Assembly: GCA_034440375.1 (NCBI GenBank)
Contig: JAWXBZ010000122.1
Coordinates: forward strand, 1-59,512
Direction: 5' to 3'
Origin: Candidatus Eiseniibacteriota bacterium
GTDB lineage: Bacteria; Eisenbacteria; RBG-16-71-46; JABDJR01; JAWXBZ01
DNA: 59,512 nucleotides
The position numbers and the translations under genes are program-made. Below, one piece after another: positions 8,372-18,000 of the stretch (position 1 is its first letter; each line of letters starts with the position of its first letter). Under the pieces are notes generated by a model. It had not been told where the DNA came from and did no database searches. It saw only the letters and a list, made by a program, of their open reading frames with translations.

Positions 8372-9793
8372 ATGTCCACCGTCATGCCCGATGCCGGCAG
8401 TCCGGCCCTGACGGGCCCTGAGCCACCGAAGAATCCACTCGACCGCATCCTGGGCGTCTTCTCGGACGTCAAAGGCGGCGAGGGCCTGACAGCCGTTCTC
8501 CTGATGATGAACATCTTCCTGCTCCTCGCCAGCTACTACCTGCTGAAGACGATTCGCGAACCGCTCATCCTGGCCGGGTCCGGCGGGGCCGAGGTCAAGA
8601 GCTATGCCGCCGCTGCGATCGCAGGCATGCTCCTCATTATTGTGCCCCTCTACAGCGCGCTGGCCTCAAAAGTGTCGCGGGTCAAGCTGATCAACGGGGT
8701 GACCCTGTTCTTCATCGCCTGCCTGGTGGCGTTCTTCCTCCTCAGTCAGGCCAGCGTCTCGGTCGGCGTGCCGTTCTTCATCTGGGTGGGCATTTTCAAC
8801 CTGATGGTGATCGCGCAGCTGTGGGCATTTGCCAACGATGTGTACACCGTGGAGCAAGGCAAGCGGCTGTTCGCGATCGTGGGCTTCGGAGCCTCACTGG
8901 GTGCCATCGCGGGCTCGTTCGTGACCGGACAGCTCGTCAAGCAATTTGGTCCCTACCCGTTCATGCTGGCAGCGGCGGCCCTGCTGGGCCTGTGCATGCT
9001 GCTCACCAACATCGTTCACCTTCGGGAGAAGAAAGCCGGCGCAGCGCGCAAGGCAAGCGAAAAGGCCGCGGCCAGCGATAATCCGGCGGAGGGCGCGGGA
9101 GCCGGTGAAGCGATCAAGGGGAAAAGTGGTTTCTCCCTGGTCCTGGGGGATCGCTACCTGCTCCTGATAGGTCTCCTGATGGTCCTCGTCAACCTCGTGA
9201 ACACCACGGGCGAGTACATCCTGAGCAAGACCGTCGTCGAGTTATACTCCGCGGGGCAGGGGGCGGTGGGCCAGATTGACGAGAAGAAGGTCATCGGTGA
9301 GTTCTACGGAAACTACTTCACCATCGTCAACATCATCTCGGCGATCCTCCAGGCGCTTGTCGTTTCCCGTGTCCTGAAATACTTCGGTGTGCGCGTGGCG
9401 CTGCTCGTTCTGCCGGTGGTGGCCCTCGCCGGATATGCGGCGATGGCGTTCATCCCGCTGCTCTCGTTCATTCGCACGGTGAAGCTGGCCGAGAATTCAC
9501 TCGACTACTCCCTGCAGAACACCACGCGGAATGCGCTCTATCTGCCGTTGAGCCGCGAGGCGAAGTACAAGGCCAAGCAGGCCAACGATACGTTTTTTGT
9601 CCGGGCCGGGGATGTTCTGTCAGCCGGACTCGTGTTCGCCGGGACCACGTGGCTCGGTTTCGCGACCAAGCAATTTGCCATCGTGAATGCGGCCCTGGTC
9701 ATTGTATGGCTGGGCATCGCCGTGCTGGTCGGCCTTCGATTCAAGCGTCTTGAGAAGGCCGGCAAGTCGACTGACCCCGTGCCGCAATCGTGA
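8372..9793 (+). CDS. NTT/TLC (Npt1/Npt2-like) ATP/ADP translocase family carrier
   Basis: GGAGG RBS; about 12 TM helices; motifs YYLLKTIRE, LWAFANDVYTVEQGKRLF, YSLQNTTRNALYLPLSREAKYKAKQANDTFFVRAGD. Confidence 0.85.
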   Translation: MSTVMPDAGSPALTGPEPPKNPLDRILGVFSDVKGGEGLTAVLLMMNIFLLLASYYLLKTIREPLILAGSGGAEVKSYAAAAIAGMLLIIVPLYSALASKVSRVKLINGVTLFFIACLVAFFLLSQASVSVGVPFFIWVGIFNLMVIAQLWAFANDVYTVEQGKRLFAIVGFGASLGAIAGSFVTGQLVKQFGPYPFMLAAAALLGLCMLLTNIVHLREKKAGAARKASEKAAASDNPAEGAGAGEAIKGKSGFSLVLGDRYLLLIGLLMVLVNLVNTTGEYILSKTVVELYSAGQGAVGQIDEKKVIGEFYGNYFTIVNIISAILQALVVSRVLKYFGVRVALLVLPVVALAGYAAMAFIPLLSFIRTVKLAENSLDYSLQNTTRNALYLPLSREAKYKAKQANDTFFVRAGDVLSAGLVFAGTTWLGFATKQFAIVNAALVIVWLGIAVLVGLRFKRLEKAGKSTDPVPQS

Positions 9794-9831
9794 CAGCGCC
9801 GACGCCGGCACTCAACGAGAAAGGCAATATC

Positions 9832-10470
9832 ATGAAATCACATCGGATGGACACGATTTTCGCGGTGCTCCTGCCGGCCCTCATCCTGTGCATCCCCGCC
9901 TGCATCAAGCCGAAAGACAAAGCGGCGCGTTCCCCTGCGAAAGTGTCCCCGATTCCACCCCCGGCACCGACAGCGGACCAGAACCGGGCGAACGCCGACG
10001 AGACCCCGAGTACGGATTCGCCGTATGAACTGCAGTACATAGACACCATGATCCGGCATCACCGGGACGCGCTCGAGGCGGGCCAGCTGGCGGCAACGCG
10101 GGCGCAGCATGCCGAACTCAGGGAAGGCGCGGCAAAGCTCGTGAGCAGTCAACAGCGGCAGATCACGCTGCTGAGGGCGTGGCGGGATCGATGGTACGCC
10201 GGCAAGGCCAATGCCGAGAATCTCCACCTGGCCGGGATGACGCGATTGGACAAGGCCGCGCTGGCCTCCCTGTCCAACGAAGCGTTTGATCGGAAGTTCA
10301 TCGACCTGATGATCCCCCACCACCAGTGTTGCATCGTGATGGCGAAGGAAGCCTTCGGCAAGGTGGAACATAGCGAGCTCAAGGCGCTATCGCAGCAGAT
10401 CATGGATGTGCAGCAGCAGGAAATCGACCGGTTGAACGGATACCGGGCTGCGTGGGGTGGTGGTCGGTAG
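9832..10470 (+). CDS. DUF305 (ferritin-like, CopM-related) lipoprotein
   Basis: AGAAAGG RBS before ATG 9832; lipobox IPAC; twin motifs YIDTMIRHH and FIDLMIPHH. Confidence 0.8.
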   Translation: MKSHRMDTIFAVLLPALILCIPACIKPKDKAARSPAKVSPIPPPAPTADQNRANADETPSTDSPYELQYIDTMIRHHRDALEAGQLAATRAQHAELREGAAKLVSSQQRQITLLRAWRDRWYAGKANAENLHLAGMTRLDKAALASLSNEAFDRKFIDLMIPHHQCCIVMAKEAFGKVEHSELKALSQQIMDVQQQEIDRLNGYRAAWGGGR

Positions 10471-10496
10471 TTTGCCGGAGGCCCGCCGGGACGCTT

Positions 10497-10625
10497 CTAT
10501 TTGAAGATATTGAAATTGCCGAGCAGCCACCAGAGCAGCCCGAAGATGAGAATGGTACTGAGACACCCGCCGCCCATCTTCTTGGCGCCCCACCCCGCCA
10601 CAAGACCTCGCAGGAGCTTGCTCAT
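10497..10625 (-). CDS. Small 42-aa membrane protein
   Basis: AGAAAGG RBS; MSKLLRGLVAGWGAKKMGGGCLSTILIFGLLWWLLGNFNIFK. Fills the gap between DUF305 and DUF1207. Below the ORF-track cutoff. Confidence 0.65.
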   Translation of the reverse strand: MSKLLRGLVAGWGAKKMGGGCLSTILIFGLLWWLLGNFNIFK

Positions 10626-10679
10626 TGTCGACCTGCCTTTCTGGAATGCACGTTTGCGAGTGCATTCCTCTGGTCCGGA

Positions 10680-11906
10680 TCAAAAATGGATCGTGATACT
10701 GGGAACGATATAGGCCAGCGGACTCGTCTCCAGCCGTTGGTCCAGAAATTGACCATTCGGTGAGTAGCCATGGTACCACTCGAGTGCGATGAGGATCTCC
10801 GATGCCAGCAGGCGACCACCATCCGCAATACGGCGGTGTGCACCGGAATAGGCCGAGAATCCGATCATGGCGTGCCACGAACCGGCGTAGGACTTCGATT
10901 CACGGCCGTGCCGACAGTCCGTCCAGAGATTTGGCGTCCAGACCTCCCCGTCGCCATCGGGATTGTCGCATGAAGCAAAATCGTATGGCCTGGCCAGCTT
11001 GAAATCCACCGCGGTGAACCATTCGGTCTCGAAAAATGGGCGTCCGAACGGCCGGTTCATGAAACGGGTCAGCCAGCCATCGTGAGGATCCTCCTGATTT
11101 CCAGCGGAGCGAATTTCAAACCCCAACTGTGCGATCGGCGACGAGAAGGCCGCGGGTATTCGGGGCCGGATGGCCCACTTCAGTTCACCGCCGGCATACG
11201 CGCGCAGGCTGGATCGCCCCGCGTTGATCCAGTCCGGTGCCATCTCGACCGAAACCAGGCCGCGAACGGCTTCGAAGGTCAGGTCCACCCGTTTCACCGG
11301 CGGGTGGCCGAAGAGTTCGTCCTGATCGGGATGCCCATCCTGATTGCGCCCGAAATCGCCCAGCGTCAGGTATTCATCTCCCAGGTGGGTGCTCCGGTGA
11401 TAAATGGATAACCGCGAGGAAATGACCGGCCGCTCGAATCCCGAAACGCCAACGGTGTCCGACCACAATCCGGACCAGAGCATGTCAAGCGAGGTTCCGA
11501 ACTGATAGTCGGCATTCAACAGTTCCTTCCCCGCACGATCAAAGTAGGCAAAGACGCCGGCGGACAGCCCAAATTGATACCGATCCCATGGCCCCTTCCA
11601 TTTGAACATCCGGCGCATCGGGTCCAGTCGCGGATTCGCGCCGATCCCGACATCCCAGGCCGTCCCGGAGCGCTCCTCGAATCCACCTTGACTGGTTGAA
11701 TCCGTGACGTCGGTGCCGTAACGCCATTGCTCCCGGTAATGAGCCAGCTTCATTCGAAACTGGTCTTCACGAGGATCCGCGAGCAACGGTCGAAAGATCT
11801 TGATGGAGCTGGTTCCCGGCCGGGAAGCCGCGCCGATGCCCGGCACGCACAGCCCGATGATCACGGGTAGCAGGATGATGACCAGGCGGCGGGCATGGAA
11901 AACCAA
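10680..11906 (-). CDS. DUF1207-like outer-membrane beta-barrel protein
   Basis: Signal-like N-terminus after TTG 11906 (GGAG 6 nt upstream); motifs LLADPRE, LLNADY, YHRSTHLGDEY; C-terminal Phe. Confidence 0.65.
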   Translation of the reverse strand: MVFHARRLVIILLPVIIGLCVPGIGAASRPGTSSIKIFRPLLADPREDQFRMKLAHYREQWRYGTDVTDSTSQGGFEERSGTAWDVGIGANPRLDPMRRMFKWKGPWDRYQFGLSAGVFAYFDRAGKELLNADYQFGTSLDMLWSGLWSDTVGVSGFERPVISSRLSIYHRSTHLGDEYLTLGDFGRNQDGHPDQDELFGHPPVKRVDLTFEAVRGLVSVEMAPDWINAGRSSLRAYAGGELKWAIRPRIPAAFSSPIAQLGFEIRSAGNQEDPHDGWLTRFMNRPFGRPFFETEWFTAVDFKLARPYDFASCDNPDGDGEVWTPNLWTDCRHGRESKSYAGSWHAMIGFSAYSGAHRRIADGGRLLASEILIALEWYHGYSPNGQFLDQRLETSPLAYIVPSITIHF

Positions 11907-12002
11907 CGGCGGCTCCGGATTGACAGGGTAGGCGGTCCCTCGACTGGGTTGGATACTACCAAGCACTCCCCCCCGGCGAAGGAACGGTCTTGAACGCCAC
12001 CC

Positions 12003-12047
12003 AAAAGCAAAGCCCCCCGGGTGGCTCACGCCTGCCGGGGGGCTTGC
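12003..12047 (-). terminator. Rho-independent terminator of the 2181-aa gene
   Basis: GCAAGCCCCCCGG...CCGGGGGGCTTTGC followed by TTTT on the minus strand, about 40 nt after the stop. Confidence 0.75.
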
Positions 12048-12085
12048 TGTTCTGACTGCCTGTCTTGTTGCTTTGCCGGGCTGTC

Positions 12086-15000
12086 CTACTTGACGAGCAT
12101 CATCCGAACGGTCTTGGTGCCCAGCGGTGAATCGGCGCGCAGGAAGTAGAAACCGGCGGCGGCCGACTGACCGTTTTCATCCTGGCCATTCCATTCGAAC
12201 GTGTGGCGACCGGCGTCCATTGAACCCTCGTGGAAGCTCCTGACAAGCCGGCCCGTGGCATCAAAGACGCGCAGGCGAATGTCCGAGGCTGCCGGAAGGG
12301 CGAGCTGGAACGTGGTACGACCGCTGAACGGATTCGGATAGTTCTGGACGAGGCTGAAGGCCGTTGGACGACCGGCGTACGTGACGACGATCGGGCCGAA
12401 CGACTGCCGCTCGCCATGCCGATCAACCGCTTCGAGCTGATACCGGTACTCGGTCCCGTCGACAACCGTACCGTCGGTGTACCCGTAACGGCCGTCGCCG
12501 GTGATCGGCGTCTGGTTCATCTGGAGATAATCGCCGTTCAAGCCCTCGGAGCGATACAGATCGAAGTGCGAGTGATCTGACTCTTCCGCGGTCTCCCAGA
12601 CGATGCTCACGCCGTCCGGCGTCGAGAGTGCCTCGAACCGGGCCAGCGCCACCGAAACAGGATCTACCACGGTCATGCAGATTGGGATGATGGCCTTGGA
12701 CTGCGTCGGGTCGTTGGTCTTGATCCTCAGGAATCCGCGGTGCTGCCCGATGGCCACACCAGCCGGGTTGAATGCCACGTTGATGAGCTGCGTGTCGCCC
12801 GGATTGATCGTTCCCGAGGTCGGGGTGGCCGACAGCCACTCCTGCTCGTTCTGGATCAGTATCGACATGCCATTGTGCAGATACGCCGTGTTGAATGCCG
12901 TGAGCAGACCCACCGTTCCGGCCGCGTTCTCAATGCCGACCGTCGCGCTGTTGGTCACGCCATTCAGGCGCAGGTAGTTGTACTGAATGCTCCCGTCCTT
13001 GCAGAGGATCACCTGGAAGGTCAGCGTATCCGACGGGCTCGAGAAGCGGGGCACCTTCTTCCATTCAAAGATGGCCCGACCCATCGACGGATCCGTCCGG
13101 AACCAGACCTTGCCGCGAGTCGTCGTCGGCAGGAGGTCATCCCAGAAGGGACAGATGGTGTTGTTCGGGGTGGCAATGGCCGGAAGGGTGGTGTTGGTGA
13201 AGGTGGTCTGCGTCGCGGTCGGAGAAATCCAGCCGTTCGAACAGACGCGCATGGACGAGTAGTTGACGCCGTAATACGGGAAGACGAAGCCGAGGGCGAA
13301 GGGACCGCGGTTCTGGTCATCACCATTGATGCCGGTGTCGACCGTGCCCGCCAGGCCCTCGATCTCGACCCACTCGACGTCCGGTCCGCCGACCTGATCG
13401 CTGTCGATCCAGCGATAGCCAAACGCATCCGGGCCGCCCTGGGCATAGGGCTGGAGGCCGCCCCGAAGGGGAGACTCATAACCCTTGGCTTCCGGATCGC
13501 CTCCGACGATGGCACCCGGCTCAAGCTCCGGATTCACCAGGTCCATGACGTCCTTGAACATCTCGAGCTTTTTGTCATTGGGCAGGAACTGACCGGCGCT
13601 GGATCCCGCTGTCCGGAAAGAACCCGGAGCCGCCGGAATGCCCTGCGTGTCGGCCAGGCGCCAGATCAATGGCACCACGCCGGCGTTCATGATCGACGCG
13701 GCGCGGTGAACGACCGGCCCGTTGACGACCGTAATGACCGGACAGATGGAATCCGGTTCGATGACCGCCAGCGGAGCCCCGGTCACCTTGAAGCAGATCG
13801 ACACCGGAACGCTCGGCGTGACCGGGTCGTTCGAGGTGACGAACAGCGTGGTGGTGTAGTTACCCGGCAGCATGCCGGTGGCATCAAAGGTGAGCTGAAT
13901 GACCGTCGAGGTGGCTCCGGAAACGATGCCGTTGGTGGGCAGCACCGAGAGCCACGGCTGGTCGGGCGATTCGACTGTGTTGAAGATCAGATTGGCGAAT
14001 CCGCAACTGTTGGAGATAGTGACCGGCTTCTCCATGCCGACACTTCCCGCCACCAGCGTGTCGCAGACAGCGGTCGGATTGACCGTGATTGTCGGCGCAC
14101 AGGGGGGATTGTCGATGCACAGATCGTCGACAAACCAGTCGTCGGTCCCCGCTTGACCGGTCGTACGGATGCGCATCTGGAACAGGCCGTGGAAGAAGGT
14201 GCCACTGGACGGTGTCAGGCCGTCGATATCGACGATGCGCAGCGTGTAAGTGCTGGCCGCACCGGTACCGCCCAGAACCCGATCGACTTCATCCCAGATG
14301 CCATTCGAGTTCCGGAAGTCAACGACCAGATCATTTCCCACCTCGGGGACATCGCCGCCGCCGCCGGCCTCCTGGAAATAGGTCAGGGTCTTGCCCGAAC
14401 CGCCCGCTGTGGACAGATCGAGCTGGATCGACGTCATGATGTCGGAGCCGTTCAGGTCGGCCGAGGTCGGCAGCGAGGGTTCATTGACACCGTTGCCATT
14501 CAGCACAACGCCGGTGTTGGTCCACTTTGCCGCATCCGGCGTGGCACCAACATTGAAGTTATCGCAGAACGGGAGCGGCGCGCCGACACCGGTGACGTTC
14601 AGTTCAACGTGCACGCGGCTGACCGGCTCGTCCGGATCATTGCTCTGGATAAGGACGTTGCCGTAGTAGACCCCCGGTGACAGTCCGGTCGGATCAGAAA
14701 CGACATCCAGGAGGGCCGATCCGCCCGGCGGGACCGTTCCCGACGTGGGCGACGCGGAAAGCCACGGTGCGTCCTGGTACAGCAGCACCGCCAGCTCGTT
14801 GTGAACATAAGCCTGATTGAAGGCCACCTGGAGGCCGATCGTGCCCGCCCCATTCTGAAGGCCGACGGTCAGACCGTTCGACGGCTCGTCGATGTCGAGG
14901 TACTGGAAGACGATCGTGCCGTCTTTGTTGATGATGACCTGGAAGGTGTTCGAGGAGGCGTTGTCTGCGAAGTAGGGCACGCCGTCCCACTGGACGATGA

Positions 15001-18000
15001 ACCGATCGTTGGCGCCATCCGCATAGTAGTAAACGGTGCCGCCAACCGCCGGGTTCAGGTCGTCCCAGAACGGAGCCAGCAGATCGAACGGCGCGGTTCC
15101 GCTGGGCAGCGCACTGTTCGTGAAGGAGGTGGACGACGAACTGAACGACAGGATTCCGTTGCTGCCGACACGGATACTGTTGAACGAGTTGCCATAGTGA
15201 TTGAACGAGAAACCGAGCACGAACGGGCCAACGTTGACATCGTCCCCCGCGATACCCGTGTCGGTACCGATGCCCGAGATATCGACCCAGTTGAAGAGCG
15301 GGCCGTTTGTCTCGTCGCTGTCGATCCAGCGATAGCCAGCGCCATCCGGCCCGCCCTGGGCAAACGGCTGGGGCGGGTAGTGGATATTCTGGCCGCGATC
15401 GCCCAGGTTCTTGAGGCGGTCGCGTGAGCGTACCCGGTCACCCTCGAATTCGGCCGCCGGATCGAATCCACCGTCAATGCGATTGATGCGGTCTTCGGCG
15501 TCGCCCAGCGGCCCGGCATACCAGCGCTGCTTGACGGTTGACGCCACAGGACCTGGCGCCGCGCCCATTGGAAGGACCGAGCCGTCCGCGCGCCGGATGC
15601 CGACGAACTGCGGACCGGCCCACGAACGGACGGCCGAGGCGGCGTCGAGAACGCTGTACTCGAGCGGGCCCGAGCCGACGTTGTCGATCGTCACCGCGTC
15701 ATGCGCCGCCGGATCGGTATTGGCCAACGTGTTGGTGATCGAGGTCGGTGACACATTGATGTCCGGTGCGTCGGTGACCGTCAGCGTGGCGGTGACCGAA
15801 ACCACCGGGTTGCCGACATCATTGCTGCTGACATCGATCGTCGTGTTGTAGACCCCGGGGAGCAGGCCCGTGGCATTGAAGGAAGCCACGAAGTTCTGGT
15901 TTCCGAGGCCGCTGATGGTGCCACCCGCTCCCGACAGTGTGAGCCAGGTGACATCCGGATTTTCAGCGGCGGTCCAGGTCAGAGCGTTGAACTGGCAGGA
16001 ATTGGACACCGTCACCGGATCGGCATCGCCCGACGGATCGCCGGCCACCAGCGTGTCATCCACGCTGAGTGGGGCAACCGCGATGGTGGCGCCGCAGGAC
16101 GGAATGTCGAGCGTGGTGCAATCGACAAACCAGTTGTCGAAACCCGGATCGCCCGTGGTCCGGAAGCGATACCTGAACTGCGAGTGGAAGTAGGTGCCGC
16201 CCGACGGGGTCAGGCTGTCCAGGTTGACGATATGGGTTGTGAAGGCGATCTCGTCGCCTTCGACGCCGAGATGGCGCCCGACTTCGTCCCAGATGCCGTT
16301 CGAGTTGTAGAACTCGACGACCAGGTCGTTGGTCGGGTCGGGCGATTCGGCGTTGCCGGTCTGTTCCTTCTGGTAGAGCATGACGTAGCCGAGGCCGCTG
16401 GCGGCTCCCATGTCGATGGCCCGTGAGGTCAGGACATCGGTGCCGTCGAAATCGGCCGCGTTCGGCGGGGTCGGCGGATTGCTGGAGAGGGCGTCGATGA
16501 CAACGCCGCCGGTGGTCCACTTGCCCGAATCCGGAGCACCGGCCACATCGAAGCAATCGGAGAACGGCGGGTTGAGCGGCACTTCAACGCAGATCTCGGC
16601 GGTGAAGTTGCTCTCGTTGACCGGAATCTCCGAGTCGACGGCCGTGAGCTTGTAGCAGTTGACGCCCGGCATCGGCGCAGCGTCGGTGTAGCTTCCAGCC
16701 AGGCCGATGTCACCGGGAGCAAGGGAGACGGTGGCCAGATAGGCTCCGTTCCGATACACGTTGACCCCGTCGAAATCGCAGAGCTGGCTGCCGTCGATGT
16801 TGGTGGTCGGATTCGTCCAGTCGAGGTCGAAAGCCGGGCCGGCCACGGCCGTCACCGAGAAGCTCGATGGCGGGGCCGGTGTCGGATCGCCCCCGGCGTA
16901 CTTCGAAATGCTGGCCACGATCGACAGGCTGTCGTTATCCTGATCGTGCGTCCGCAGTTCGTACGTGTACAGCGTGCCGGTCGTGAGCCCGCCGTCCGTG
17001 TAGGTTTCGATTCCCTGCTCGACGGTTACCGTCGGGCCACCCACGCGTGTGATCTGGATTTCGAAATCACTCAGCAGGGTTCCGTTCACGCGGGTGATCG
17101 GATCGGTCCAATCCAGCTGGATCGTGGTGGGTGTCGTGCAATCGCTGGTGGCGGTGATACTGCTCGGGGCGTTCGGATCATCGGGATCGGCATAAACGAT
17201 CTCGTCCCAGTACGCGTTGTACTGGCCGGTCCGGTTGTCGGCCCATGCCGCCCAGGCCCGGCCGTTGTAGGCGCAGATCTGGTAGTAGTCGCCCGCGTAG
17301 CCGCCGGCGAACGGGGAGGGAAGCGCCGTCGGAAGGGTGTAGACGTCCTGCACCGGGAACGCATCCCAGGTGTTGCCGCCGTCGGTGGAGTGGCTGACCC
17401 AGGTCTTCGTCTGGAAGCCGGCGCCGCCGGTGTCCATGCTGAAGTAGGAAAGCGACACGTCGCCGCTGATCGGATCGCAATCGATCCAGGGGAACCACTG
17501 CTGCTTGCCGTTGGCAACCGGGTCCGGATGCACGCGGATACTCGCGCTCCAGGTGGCGCCGCCGTTATCGGAATAGCGGCAGTAGACATCCGAGTCGCCG
17601 GTGGAGCGATCGGCGTAGGTGATGTAGATCCGGCCGCTGTTCGGGCCGCTGGAAACGTCGCAGGTGATCGACGGAAAGCCGTTGATGCGGGTGTTGTTGA
17701 AATCGGGATTCGCGCCGTTCGAGGAGCGAATGCCGACCACCGGGAAAGCCTGCACGGCCGGGGCCCAGGTGGCGCCACCATTCAGCGAGCTGGCAAAGCC
17801 GATGCCCGACTCCGGCAGGAAGCCGCCGGCATAGACGGCCCACGTGACGTAGACCTCGCCGTTGGGGCCGGTGGTGATATCGCAGCCCTGGCCGAGGTCG
17901 GGCCCAAGGGCCGCCGACAGGTCAGTCCGTGCGGCATAGCCGTCACCGGAGCGCGTGAGAACCACGTGCGGGTCGGCCAGGTTGAAGTCGGTCCAGGCCA

